Below, piece after piece: positions 52,519 through 64,000 of a stretch of DNA of 64,000 nucleotides. Source of the DNA: Chrysemys picta bellii (taxonomy: Eukaryota); the NCBI RefSeq assembly GCF_011386835.1, contig NC_088794.1, forward strand, positions 3,038,001-3,102,000. Direction: 5' to 3'. Made by a program: the position numbers and the translations under genes. Positions within the stretch are counted from its first letter, which is position 1; the number at the start of each line of letters is the position of its first letter. A model generated the notes under the pieces. The model worked only from the letters and a program-made list of their open reading frames with translations, made no database searches and was not told the origin of the DNA.

Positions 52519-53225
52519 CTGTGCCCTGTATCCAGCTCATAGGTGTGGGGGTCAAGTGAGCTGCTTCCTGATGTTAGATGCTGGGGGGGGGGAGACCCCC
52601 AAATCCTTGTTTGCTGGTTGGGAGAAGAGGGGCTCGGAGCCTGTACCCCCAGTTACTGCCCCCTGCAGTGATCGGGGCAGACCCCTGAGAGGAAGAGGTG
52701 GGTGGAGGGGCGAAGCAGCAGGAGGGATCCCAGACCAAGGGACCCGAGAGGAGAAGAAGGAGGTGCTCTGGGACTTGGCATCCCTGCACCCCAGAATCGG
52801 GGCCCGGGAAGGATCCCGCCCCTGGCCGTGGGGGAAGAGGGAGCAGGCGCCATTTTGCTGTTGCATAAACCACTGCGCGGGTTTGAAACAACTTCCCCTC
52901 CTGGAGGGGCGCAGCAGGCACCAGACAGCCCAGCGACCCCCCCACCCCCAGCACAGGGGACACTGAGGCACAGAGAGAGAGAACCCAGGAGTCCTGGTTC
53001 CCAGCCCCCCTGCTCTGACCATTAGCCGCCACTCTCCTCCCGGAGCTGGGGAGAAAACCCAGGAGTCCTGGCTCCCAGCCCCCCCTGCTCTGACCACCAG
53101 ACCCCACTCCCCTCCTGGAGCCGTGGAGAGAACCAAGGAGTCCTGCGTGGCCATAGGGTGAGAAACCCACCTGTGTCCGTGGCGGGGGACGGGGGGCTCC
53201 GGTCAGCAACCTGCAGAGGAGAGAG
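52519..53225 (-). ncRNA. Putative spliced 5' exons of the pri-mir-142 host transcript (exon 1 ~53225-53171; exon 2 52580-52519)
   Basis: Donors CACAG|gtgggt (53171) and CACAG|gtaagg (52519), acceptor ccccccag| (52581), downstream of a TATA-like box; inferred only. Confidence 0.4.
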
Positions 53226-53244
53226 AGCGAGGAGCCGGTGCTGG

Positions 53245-53395
53245 GGCTTTTTATGGTTGACCCGAGGCCCTCCCACTCTGTGCCCCTCCCCCGGCCTGCA
53301 CCAGTCATGTGACCGGCTGCCCTTCCCCCCCCCCCCCAAACCACAGGAAGTGGGGGGCCGTGGCTCGAAGTGGGGCCTGACAGCGGAAATTCTAG
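53245..53395 (-). promoter_or_regulatory. Candidate mir-142 host promoter: CATAAAAAG box plus overlapping RUNX/ETS site
   Basis: CATAAAAAG (rc 53247-53255); AAACCACAGGAAGT at 53338-53351 (RUNX AAACCACA overlapping ETS AGGAAGT); C/EBP TTGCATAA at 52861-52868. Confidence 0.55.
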
Positions 53396-53574
53396 TCCCC
53401 TCTCCCAACTCCGTGCATAGCTTCACCCCCTGGCCGCGCGGGGTTAACGGACCCAGGCCCGCATGGTGGCAGGAAGGGGATCTCGGCCCAGAAAGGGGAA
53501 CAATCCCCCCGCCCCCCCAGCTCCTCCAGGCATGTTAAAAGGCCGGGGGTGAGAGTTGGCTGGGGTAGCTTGGC

Positions 53575-54062
53575 CGGTGCCCCTGAACCGCAGCCCCCTG
53601 CTAGCCGAGCCCCCCCCCCCCAGCTCTGCCGGTGCCCCTCACTCCTGACCCCCAGCCCAGCCCTGGGCTCCCCCCAGCTCTGCCGGTGCCCCTCACTCCC
53701 GACCCGCAGCCCCTGCCAGCCCAGCCCTGCCCCCCAGCTCTGCTGGTGCCCCTCACTCCTGACCCCCAGCCCAGCCCTACCCCGCCCCCCAGCTCTGCCG
53801 GTGCCCCTCACTCCCGACCCGCAGCCCCTGCCAGCCCAGCCCCCCCAGCTCTGCTGGTGCCCCTCACTCCTGACCCCCAGCCCAGCCCTGCCCCCCCAGC
53901 TCTGCCGGTGCCCCTCACTCCCGATCCCCAGCCCCTGTTAGCCGAGCCCTGTCCCCCCCCAGCTCTGCCGGTGCCCCTCACTCCCGACCTGCAGCCCCTG
54001 CCAGCCCAGCCCTGCCCCCCCCAGCTCTGCCGGTGCCCCTCACTCCCGACCTGCAGCCCCTG
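53575..54062. repeat. Sat-A array
   Basis: C-rich strand on +. Confidence 0.93.
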
Positions 54063-54564
54063 CGATCCCAGGCGGGAGTGGGCTTTGGGGGGTTAGAGCC
54101 GGGGAAGCTGGAGCCAGGACTCCTGGGTTCTCTCCCCAGGGGCAGTCCGAGGGGGTCAGTGGATTGAGGCTGTCCTGGGACAATGGGGGGGGTGCTGGGG
54201 CTGGTCCCCTTTGTGGCCCCCATCATGTGCTCAGAGGCGCTGGGCAAAAGGGGGCACCCACAGTGATCCCCCCCCATAGACAACCAAGTTCGCTGACTCC
54301 CACCCCACCCCCGCCCAACAGCAGCTCAGGCCTCTGGGCATAGTGGAGCTGGGGTGGGGGCAGCAGAAAAGGCACCTCCCCCCCCCCGGCTAGCTCCCAG
54401 TGCCCCCCTGCATCAACCCCTCCTGGCTCCCTGCCCCCACCTGCCGCCAGGCCCTGCCCTCCCCTCCCCCGCACGCTCGTTAATGCCGTGACCTTAATTT
54501 TAGTGGTTAGGGCGCATCTGGTGCAAGTGTGAATGGAAAATTCATAATGTTTTGTGGAAGGGTG

Positions 54565-55372
54565 GGGGCAGGGCTGGGCTGGCAGGGGCTACGGGTCGGG
54601 GGTGAGGGGCACCGGCAGAGCTGGGGGGGGCAGGGCTGGGCTGGCAGGGGCTGCGGGTCGGGAGTGAGGGGCACCGGCAGAGCTGGGGGGGGGCAGGGCT
54701 GGGCTGGCAGGGGCTGCGGGTCGGGAGTGAGGGGCACCGGCAGAGCTGGGGGGGGCAGGGCTGGGCTGGCAGGGGCTACGGGTCGGGAGTGAGGGGCACC
54801 GGCAGAGCTGGGGGGAGCCCAGGGCTGGGCTGGCAGGGGGCTGCGGGTCGGGAGTGAGGGGCACCGGCAGAGCTGGGGGGAGCCCAGGGCTGGGCTAGCA
54901 GGGGGCTGAGGGTCGAGAGTGAGGGGCACCGGCAGAGCTGGGGGGGGCAGGGCTGGGCTAGCAGGGGCTGCGGGTTGGGAGTGAGGGGCACCGGCAGGGC
55001 TGGGCTCGCAGGGGGCTGCGGGTCGGGAGTGAGGGGCACCGGCAGAGCTGGGGGGGAGCCCAGGGCTGGGCTGGCAGGGGCTGCGGGTCAGGAGTGAGGG
55101 GCACCGGCAGAGCTGGGGGGGGGGCAGGGCTGGGCTAGCAGGGGCTGCGGGTCGGGAGTGAGGGGCACCGGCAGAGCTGGGGGGCGCAGGGCTGGGCTCG
55201 CAGGGGGCTGCGGGTCAGGAGTGAGGGGCACCGGCAGAGCTGGGGGGGGGCAGGGCTGGGCTAGCAGGGGCTGCGGGTCGGGAGTGAGGGGCACCGGCAG
55301 AGCTGGGGGGGGGCAGGGCTGGGCTGGCAGGGGCTGCGGGTCGGGAGTGAGGGGCACCGGCAGAGCTGGGGC
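54565..55372. repeat. Sat-A array (inverted relative to the previous one)
   Basis: G-rich strand on +. Confidence 0.93.
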
Positions 55373-55624
55373 GGTAGAGCCCCACAGGTGTAGGTAGGAG
55401 GTTTCCCATCCCCCCCAGTCCGACCCCCAGGCCCTGCTTCCTCTTTCTGTCTCTGGGGTGGGAGGTGGTGGGTCGCTGGAGCTGGGGGAACTGAACCGTG
55501 GCTGAGGGAGGGAGTTGCTGGGGCGGGGGGGGGTGGGGGGGTCTTAGTGCTTGGGGGCAGCTTGTGTGAGCTCAGCCCAGGGGGTTTAACGCTGGGGTTG
55601 GGCCCTGGCATCTGAGGCTCAGAT

Positions 55625-55705
55625 GAGACAGGAAGTTGTGTCAGGGGTTTGGGGACAGGAAGTGGCTCCCGCCCTGAAAGTCCGACGGCTTCCTGGAGAT
55701 AAAGG
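55625..55705. promoter_or_regulatory. Candidate haematopoietic enhancer: two ACAGGAAGT ETS sites plus GATA
   Basis: ACAGGAAGT at 55628-55636 and 55655-55663; AGATAA at 55697-55702. Confidence 0.4.
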
Positions 55706-55761
55706 GGTTTTCATCAGGTGGAGGAGGGTGGGGCAGATTTTGGGGGCTCCCGGCACTGGGA

Positions 55762-56010
55762 TGAACCCAGGAGTCCTGGCTCCCAGCCCCCCCCCCCCAC
55801 TCTAACCCACTAGACCCCACTCCCCTCCCAGAGCTGGGGAGAGAACCCAGGAGTCCTGGCTCCCAACCCCGCCCCCCCCCCACTCTAACCCACTAGACCC
55901 CAGTCCCCTCCCAGAGCTGGGGAGAGAACCCAGGAGTCCTGGCTCCCCCCCCGCCCCAACCCACTAGACCCCACTCCCCTCCCAGAGCCGGGGGGAGAAC
56001 CCAGGAGTCC
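55762..56010 (-). repeat. Sat-B SINE-head tandem (3 units)
   Basis: Same family as above. Confidence 0.88.
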
Positions 56011-56714
56011 TGAGGCTCTGGATGTGGGCCTGTCCTGCAGGGGCCCCGAGCAGTGGGATGGGGCTTATGCCCTTATATGGGTACAAGTGGCCCCTGGGGG
56101 GAGGAGCCCCCCCCCCCCCCCCCAGAGGCGCCAGGATGTGGCTGAGTTGCGACTTCTGCTATTTTCAGGGCCTCTCGGTTTGCAGGCACCCGGGGGCGGG
56201 GGGGGGGGGGGGGGGCGCCTGCAGGGGCCGGGTGGGGGAGGGGATGGAGGGGCTCTGTGGGGGGAGGATGGGGGACCGTGGCATGGGGTGTTTGTCCCCC
56301 AATGTCTGGGTTTAGGCACATGGTGCCCTGGGATCCCCTCCATTCATTGAGCCCTGACACCCCCCCACCCCCCCCCGAGACAGTGGCTGGTGCATGAGCC
56401 AGCCCCAGCCACCCCCCTTGCCCCCCTCCAGTAGGGGGCAGCACTGCTCCCCGACAGGTTGCCCCCCGACCGTGCCCCCCAATCCCAATCACAGCCCCCC
56501 ACCCCAGAGAACACAACGGGCGCAGGGCAGCCGGGGAGAACCACACAACCCCTCCCCCCGGCCCCCGCTCTGGACTTTTCCATGACGCCACCGATTCGAG
56601 ACCGCGCCCAACGGACCCGCCCCCCCGCCCACCAGCACGGCGCTGCTGCCTGCCCCGAACCACAGAGCAGTGCCGAGAAGGCCGGAAACTCAGCCCTGCA
56701 AATATAGAAACAGC

Positions 56715-57005
56715 CGCAGCTCTGCCGGTGCCCCTCACTCCTGACCCACAGCCCCCTGCCAGCCCAGCCCTGCCCCCTCACAGCTCTGCTGGTGCCCCTC
56801 ACTCCCGATCGGCAGCCCCTGCCAGCCCAGCCCTGCCCCCCCCAGCTCTGCCGGTGCCCCTCACTCCCGACCCGCAGCCCCTGCTAGCCCAGCCCTGCCT
56901 CCCACAGCTCTGCCGGTGCCCCTCACTCCCGACCTGCAGCCCCTGCCAGCCCAGCCCTGCCCCCCCAGCTCTGCCGGTGCCCCTCAGTCCCGACCCGCAG
57001 CCCCC
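56715..57005. repeat. Sat-A array
   Basis: C-rich strand on +. Confidence 0.9.
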
Positions 57006-57429
57006 TGCTCTCTGTGGTGTTGGAGCCCAGGCTCCGAGACCTTCGCCAGGTTTCAGCCCCTGGGTCCCAGCCCTAGCGGGAACGTCTCTCTCAGCGTTTT
57101 TAGCCCAGGGGCTTGATCCTGAGTGTGTAGGGCCGGGCTCTGAGCCGCGCTGCCCCCGGGGGGCGTTTGCCGTATGGTCGTGCCTGAAAGGTTGGGCTGA
57201 GCCTGACCCTGTCGCCACACCTGGGCCGTCCCACTTGGGAACAAGTCCTTCTTCTCCCCCCCCCCAGCCTCTCGGCAGGCAGGACCCAGTTCGGGACCGG
57301 TGATCCCCCCAGAAATTGAAATTAGCGGGGGTGTTCGAATACACCAGGGGGTGAGGGCCGAGGGGTGAGACCGTGAGGGCGAAGGGGGGCTGACGGCACC
57401 ATCGTAAAAAGTAAAAAATCTCCCCCGAC

Positions 57430-59310
57430 CATTTTATTCAATATCACTCATGTTTTAAAATCATCATGCAAATGGAAACGGGGTCTTCTGCGAAGCCAGG
57501 CAGTTCCATCCCTCCTGGGTTCTTGTAGTTTGGCACAACTCTGTTAATGAACTTCTCGAATGCAGTGCGTTCATCTTCGGTGGCTTCTCGTGTGTCCGGT
57601 ACATCCAGTCCTTCAGGATCTGCTCATCATCAGGCAGAAGGCGACTCCTTTCAGAACACAAGACTCTATTCAATGAGGAAAAAGATGCTGAACCGTAGCT
57701 GTTGTGACTGGGAGTAGCAGGAGAAAAATTCCTACTTCTTTCATCCCAGGAGACAGCGCACAGAAATTGGGCCAAACCACTTGTGCTGATAACGAAGAAG
57801 CTGAAGTCAAATCTTCATTCGTTCATCGTATGACGTTCCACTCTGTGTCTAAATGCTCTGTTCTGTCCTGAGCACGTGACAAACCATTGCTGGTAGCGCC
57901 TCACTCCACTCAACTGTCGGTGTTTTATAGGACAGGCATCTGTAAGTCCTACGTAGAGGTCGATAGAATCCAAAAGTTGTTGTTGTAGATTTGTAAGAAT
58001 CAACTCTGTGTACTTGACTTTTCCAAACCCTTCTTGTCCTCTTCACTTAAGGATTCAATATAAATGCCTTCATTAGTCAACTTCCGGACTGAAGTCTTTG
58101 CTTCTCCCAGTACGTTTTCAATGGATAGCTCTCGGATTGATCCAAACGTAGCTCCTATTGCTGGACAAAGATCTCCTACTGTTGTAGCAGATGCCTGGAT
58201 GGCCTTGTGTCATGACCCAAGTGGTTTCCACAGTAGACTTACGAGAGAGAGAGAACGGCAATAGTCTTCTCTGAACGTAGTAGCAAAAGGAATCCACCAG
58301 CCTCACTCCTTAGATCCATCCCATCTTGGTAGAGACTTTCCAAAGCCAGTAATAACGGCTGGAGTCATTTTAAGACAACAGCCAAGGATCGCTCAGGAGA
58401 AAGCCAGCGGGTTTTCCCAGCTTGGACTAATTTGAACTTCAGTCCCAGGGTATCTTCTCTATTTTCCAAGATATTCAGTCTTTTTGGACTCTTGCTGAAA
58501 AAAGAATATAATGAAGACATTAAATGTATAGCTTTTTAAATGCCTTTTGAAGCGTCTGCAGCTCGTACTAGTGCTAGGTGGAGTAGATGGCCTCTGCAGT
58601 GTGTATAGGAGAGATTAGGGTTACACTTTTCTCTGAGCTAAGCCTGTACTCCACCATGTCTTCCAGAGAAGTTTGCAGCTCCATCAAATGCACAAGCAGC
58701 ATCTGTTTGGGGTCCAATAGACAAGCATTTAACTCTTCTAAGATGTGGGTTGTCACAGAGGCAACCGATGCATCTTCTATAACCGGAACATCTAGAAATG
58801 CATCTACTGGCCTACCACGGACATCAAGATAACGTACACAATGACTTCATGCTTGATGTGCATTTGCATCGGTGCGTTCATCGGCCATTATGTACGTTTT
58901 CTGAATGTGGTGAGAGAGATCTTCACTTTGTCTACTGCTGAGTCTTTCGCATGCTTCTAACCAGTCAGTTGAGTTTCTTGCAGAAAGACAGGGAGCCTTT
59001 GCCGCTCTTGGTAGGAACCAGTGTCCAACGCTGATGCCCTTAACGTTGGCCTGCAGTTTGTAGTGTGGGGTATCACTGTTTATTTAAGCAAGGATGATGT
59101 GACAGCCATGTTTGTTTGCATACACTGTGGTGTGTCTCCAGCATTCTTAGCAGCTTCATTAAGCACTTCTAAAATTGGCTTTGACGGTGACTGGCTAATA
59201 AGGCTTTCTGCAGCTCGATGCGGTCCGAGGTTTGGTGTTTTGCAGCCTTTTCACGTAGATGGTCAGCACTGGCTTTGCTGATCGGTCTGGCAAACCAAGC
59301 GCCTCCACTT
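57430..59310 (-). mobile_element. Decayed hAT transposase (Tip100/ZNF862-like clade), many stops and frameshifts
   Basis: Minus-strand fragments MADERTDA..CVRYLD, FDGAANFSG..GGVQA, HCRGHLLHLAL, FFSKSPKR, KTRWLS and LLPVTTAT..FSSLNRVL..RSRL are the hAT catalytic and dimerisation motifs; AATAAA (rc) at ~57433. Confidence 0.88.
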
Positions 59311-59314
59311 GTAC

Positions 59315-59966
59315 TATCTTAATCCACGGTACGCCCACAGCTTGAATACTGCGTGCAGTTCTGGTCGCCCCGTCTCCAAAAAGATCTATTGGAGTTGAAT
59401 AAGGTGTAGAGAAGGGCCACAACAGTGATGAAGGGCATGGAACGGCTTCCGTATGAGAGATTAAAAAAACTGGGACTGTTCATCTTGGAAAAGAGACGAC
59501 TACGAGGGGATATGATACAGGTCTATAAAATCCTGACTGGTGTATGGAGAAAGTGAATAAGGAAATATTAGTTACCTCATCTCATAACACAAGAACTAGA
59601 GGTCACCCAATGACATTAATAGGCAGCAGGTTTAAAACAAACCAAAGGAAGTATTTCTTCACACAACGCACAGTCAACCTGTGGAACTCCTTGCCAGAGG
59701 ATGTTGTAAAGGCCAAGACTATAACAGGGTTCAAAAAGGAACTAGATAAGTTCATGGAGGATAGGTCCATCAATGGCTATTAGCCAGGATGGTGTCCCTA
59801 GCCTCTGTTTGCCAGAAGCTGAGAATGAGCGATAGGGGATGGGTCACTGGCTGATTCCCTGTTCTGTTCATTCCCTCTGGGGCACCTGGCATTGGCCACT
59901 GTTGGAAGACGGGACACTGGGCTAGATGGGGTCTGATGCACTATGGCTGTTTTTATGCTCTTATGT
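59315..59966 (+). mobile_element. 5'-truncated CR1 LINE (turtle PsCR1-like 3' end)
   Basis: RT C-terminus (..[54 protein letters not shown]..), CR1 3'UTR and ttatg-type tail; TGTAC at both junctions. Confidence 0.95.
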
Positions 59967-60854
59967 ACAAATGAATTATAATAATTAAAATGTTTAGTAC
60001 AGAAACTTCCCCGGCTTATGACCTCTCAAGATGGCGCCGATGTGAGATAACGGCCTTGGCAAATGCTGCATTTTAAAAATCTTGGCCTACTAGCAAACGT
60101 AAATATATAAGAGTTTTCCAGGCAAGCCTGGAGCAAAGTCACTAAACCACAGTCCAACCAACAAATGTTCCTTTAGCAACGTGCCCCTCCCGTCTCCCTC
60201 CCCCGCCCCCCCATGCATCGTCGTGGGCCGTGGTCAGCGGAGACCCAGAGGTACATTCGCATGAGTTCACTTCCCCACCCTGGCGGGTGAGGGGGGAAAA
60301 GGCACCTCGCTCTGACTGCTGTTTGTCGTGCCTCCGTTCGCTCCAACGCTCCGTCCCCGATGGCCCTGCGCCGTCACCTGCCACTGTGACCTCTGCGAGT
60401 CGGTCTCCTGAGGTCCCGCCAGCTCTGTGATTTCAGCTCTCAGCGGGGGAACCTCGCTGCTGGTGCAGGCTGGGCCGTCTCTTCCACCCAAACACTGGCC
60501 CGCAGCAGGTCTAAGCCCTTCGACCTGCTTATCCTTGATTGCAGCTCTGGTGGTCACTTAATAAACCAAAAAACTCTCCCTGGAGCCTCATCAACTTTCT
60601 CCTTAAACCAGGGAGAGGGACGGTCAAACGGTGCTGGAGTCTCTCAGACAGAGCCTGCACCACCAAGCAAAACACCTGTTCCCTCCCGCTCCCTCTCCCC
60701 TAGGGTCTGTCAGCCAAAGCCCCTGCTTAGCGAGTGCAGGTCAGTTGGGGGGTGACCAGTGCTAAATTTGTTCTGCAAAAGTTGTTGGGGATCAAGCAAT
60801 TTTCTTTTACTTTCATCACTGATGCGGCCAAGTCCAAAGGCAGCGGGGTTCTGA

Positions 60855-61352
60855 CCTGCTGGGCCCAGAGGTGCCGGGGCTGTGAACGGCCGGGCCCAGA
60901 GGTGCCGGGGCTGTGAACGGCCAGGCCCAGAGGTGCCGGGGCTCTGACCTGCCGGGCCCAGAGGCGCCGGGGCTGTGAACGGCCGGGCCCAGAGGCGCCG
61001 GGGCTCTGACCTGCCGGGCCCAGAGGCGCCGGGGCTGTGAATGGCCGGGCCTAGAGGCACTGGGGCTCTGACCTGCCGGGCCCAGAGGCGCCGGGGCTGT
61101 GAACGGCCGGGCCTAGAGGCGCCGGGGCTCTGACCTGCCGGGCCCAGAGGTGCCGGGGCTGTGAACGGCTGGGCCCAGAGCTGCCGGGGCTCTGACCTGC
61201 CGGGCCCAGAGCTGCCGGGGCTCTGACCTGCCGGGCCCAGAGGCGCCGGGGCTGTGAACGGCTGGGCCCAGAGCTGCCAGGGCTCTGACCTGCCGGGCCC
61301 AGAGGCGCCGGGGCTCTGACCTGCCGGGCCCAGAGGCGCCGGGGCTGTGAAC
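60855..61352. repeat. 31-bp GC-rich minisatellite (~16 units, two alternating 7-bp variants)
   Basis: gccgggcccagaggcgccggggct followed by gtgaacg or ctgacct. Confidence 0.92.
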
Positions 61353-63194
61353 TGGCACAAATGAAGCACTGAGGGTGACCCCCTCAATCGGGACAGGCTG
61401 AGCAGTTCTGCTGCCCTTTCCTCATACGCTACGGATAACACCATTGCATTCCCCCCGCATTCAACATTTGTATTGAAGCTCATGTTAAAATGCTCCCAGA
61501 CCCAGAGCGTGTCTGTACAGCCGGGTATGAGGCTCAACTTATGCAAAATTGCCCATTAACAGTCATCAACTACACATAGCACATACTCCGCGCTAGCCCA
61601 GATTTCGGGGAATGAACGGGACGCTGCGGCCGCGTGTTCGGGTGCATCACTCTCACCACAGCAAGCGGAGCTGGTGGCAAGCAAACCGAGCCCTGAGGGC
61701 TCGTCGTTCGGTAACGGAGAATTGAGGTTAGGTTGTGCCTCAGCCAATACAATCCCCCAGAGAAGTGCATTGACTTTGTGACACCCGCCAACACGGCGCA
61801 TTTGGGCAACGCCGCGCGCTACCTAGGCAGTGTGGGAGCGGTCGTGTAAATGCAGCCGGGGCCTGATGCCTTTCCCAGCGCAGCACTTGCTGTCGGGGAG
61901 AGCGCATGATGCAGCGTAACTATGAAATGAGGCCGCGCTGACGGGGTCAGAAAACCCAACGGCGGGTGGGCGGGAGCGAGTCTGTGGGTCACACTTTTCA
62001 GACCCGGTGTCCCCTTTCAGGTACAGGTGTTTCATCACATGCTTTCCAAGCGCAGATTAACGGTTCACGTTCCATTCAAATTGCCGCCGACGAAACTGGC
62101 AACTAGTTGACCACTGGGAGGGGGTGATGGGGAATTCACGGGGGGACCCCAGGGCCGGGAGGTGGCAGGAGCCGGGAGGTGGCTAGCCGGAGACCGGAGC
62201 TACCTTTTGCAGAGCACCTGGAGCTCCCAGCTGGGTTCAGTATGGTGGGGGCTTGGCTGGGCTGGCCCCTGGTTTCAGCTTCACGCCCCCCGCCCCGTCC
62301 ATGCGAACGCAAGGCCAGCCAGCACCGGGTGGCTTCTCAGTTGTTCCCTGGTGAGATGAAATGGGCCGTTCCTGTCACGTTGGTATGTGGCCGCTGCCTG
62401 CCTCAGTTTCCCTCTGGCCTTTGCGGTGCCCAGAGGGCGCCCGCTGCTCCTGGCTGGCACTGGAGTGCGTCCCATGGGGCTGGCGGGGCCGTGACGGAGC
62501 TGGGCGTGATCCCCCCTCAGCTTGCCAGAGGGTCCCGAGTGACAAGGTTGGGGGGTGGTGATGGAGGGATTTCCGTGGCCCAGTTCCTGTCCGTGGACGA
62601 GACGCTCCCCTCAGCCGGATTCTCTACCTCACAGAGATTGGGGTGGGGGGGAGGCGCTGTTTGCCGTGTGGCTAAAATGTGACCCCCCCCCACACACACC
62701 CCAGGCATGTTCGGGCTTGAGCCGGGGCAGGGGAGGGAGGGCTGAGACCCGGCCGGGATGTGGGGGGTGCTGGAGTCTGAGCCGGGGAGGTTCCCACACC
62801 ATGGATGAGGCAGGGCTGGGGGGCTTGATTTCCCCATGTGACCCCCCCCACATTAACCCCCCTCGGTGGGGTAGCCCCCCCTTGTAACCCACCCACGACC
62901 ACATGGCCCCACATTGACCCATTGGGCGCCTGCTCCCGCCTCCCTCCCTGCCCCATTGGCCCAGCCGTTACCCCATATGACCTCTTGACCCCAAATTGAC
63001 ATTTACTTCTGGTGACCTGAAGCCTTCCTGACCCCATGGTGACCTCTTGTGACCCCACAGTGCCCCGTTGTTACCCCATGTGACCTCATTTGAGCCCCTT
63101 TGGACCAGATTCCCCCATCCCCCCGGGTCTCCCAGCTCTGTCTGCAGATCGAGGGGTGGGGACAGACTCAGAATCAGGGTTAACAGTGGGGGCT

Positions 63195-64000
63195 GTGCCA
63201 TAGGGGAGCCACGGGGCACCGCGGTATGAGTGGTGGGAATGGGGGACCCGGTGCCATAGGGGAGCCACGGGGCACCCCGGTATGAGTGGTGGGAATGGGG
63301 GACCCGGTGCTATAGGGGAGCCGCGGGGCACCGCGGTATGAGTGGTGGGAATGGGGGACCCGGTGCCATAGGGGAGCCACGGGGCACCCCGGTATGAGTG
63401 GTGGGAATGGGGGACCCGGTGCTATGAGGGAGCCGTGGGGCACCCCGGTATGAGTGGTGGGAATGGGGGACCCGGTGCTATAGGGGAGCCCTGGGGCACC
63501 CCAGTATGAGTGGTGGGAATGGGGGACCCGGTGCCATGGGGGAGCCGCGGGGCACCCCCGTATGAGTGGTGGGACTGGGGGACCTGGTGCTACAGGGGAG
63601 CCGCGGGGCACCCCGGTATGAGTGGTGGGAATGGGGGACCCGGTGCGATAGGGGAGCCGCGGGGCACCCCGGTATGAGTGGTGAGAATGGGGGACCCGGT
63701 GCTATGAGGGAGCCGTGGGGCACTCCGGTATGAGTGGTGGGAATGGGGGACCCGGTGCTATGAGGGAGCCGTGGGGCACCCCGGTATGAGTGGTGGGAAT
63801 GGGGGACCCGGTGCTATGAGGGAGCCGTGGGGCACCCCGGTATGAGTGGTGGGAATGGGGGACCCAGTGCTATAGGGGAGCCCTGGGGCACCCCAGTATG
63901 AGTGGTGGGAATGGGGGACCCAGTGCTATAGGGGAGCCCTGGGGCACCCCAGTATGAGTGGTGGGAATGGGGGACCCGGTGCCATGGGGGAGCCGCGGGG
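63195..64000. repeat. 56-bp minisatellite (~14 units, runs off the window end)
   Basis: ggggcaccccggtatgagtggtgggaatgggggacccggtgctataggggagccgc. Confidence 0.95.

Noticed and set aside
57464-58306. Helitron Rep/helicase or retroelement origin of the minus-strand fragments
   Set aside because: Frame-corrected reading gives hAT motifs (TRWLS, LPVTTAT..FSSLNR), not HUH or helicase motifs
62100-63190. Possible exons near the window end
   Set aside because: Isolated acceptor-like sites without a matching donor or recognisable protein; not supportable

Overview
GC-rich vertebrate genomic DNA, very probably a turtle (inferred from turtle-type CR1, CORE-SINE and hAT/Tigger MITEs), syntenic with human 16p13.3. 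Genes reconstructed by hand from splice sites and reading frame: (1) PAQR4 (+), last two coding exons; exon 1 lies upstream of the window. (2) PKMYT1 (-), complete 7-exon CDS of 578 aa with an E2F/CCAAT CpG-island promoter. (3) A secreted Gly/Pro/Tyr-rich, tropoelastin-like gene (-, 19624-27022, probably GREP1/calymmin-like), invisible in the ORF track because it is built from 18-19 mini-exons joined only by phase-1 introns, with a signal peptide, KxxK motifs and a C-terminal C-x4-C. (4) One claudin of the CLDN9/6 type (+). (5) The terminal exon of an unidentified minus-strand gene, cut by a 10-N gap. (6) The 3' part of SRRM2 (+), with an expanded RPREKSRSPP repeat and several single-base frameshifts that look like sequencing errors. 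(7) A mir-142 hairpin (-) with both mature arms intact, outside the known mammalian MIR142 neighbourhood, and with a RUNX/ETS/CEBP-type upstream region. A large part of the remainder is minisatellite: a ~63-bp GC-skewed family, tandem tRNA-derived SINE heads and CTCF-motif arrays. There is also a nested DNA-transposon pile in a PKMYT1 intron and a decayed hAT transposase interrupted by CR1. Most ORFs in the supplied track are artefacts of these repeats. Gene names rest on recalled protein sequences and synteny; no database search was run.
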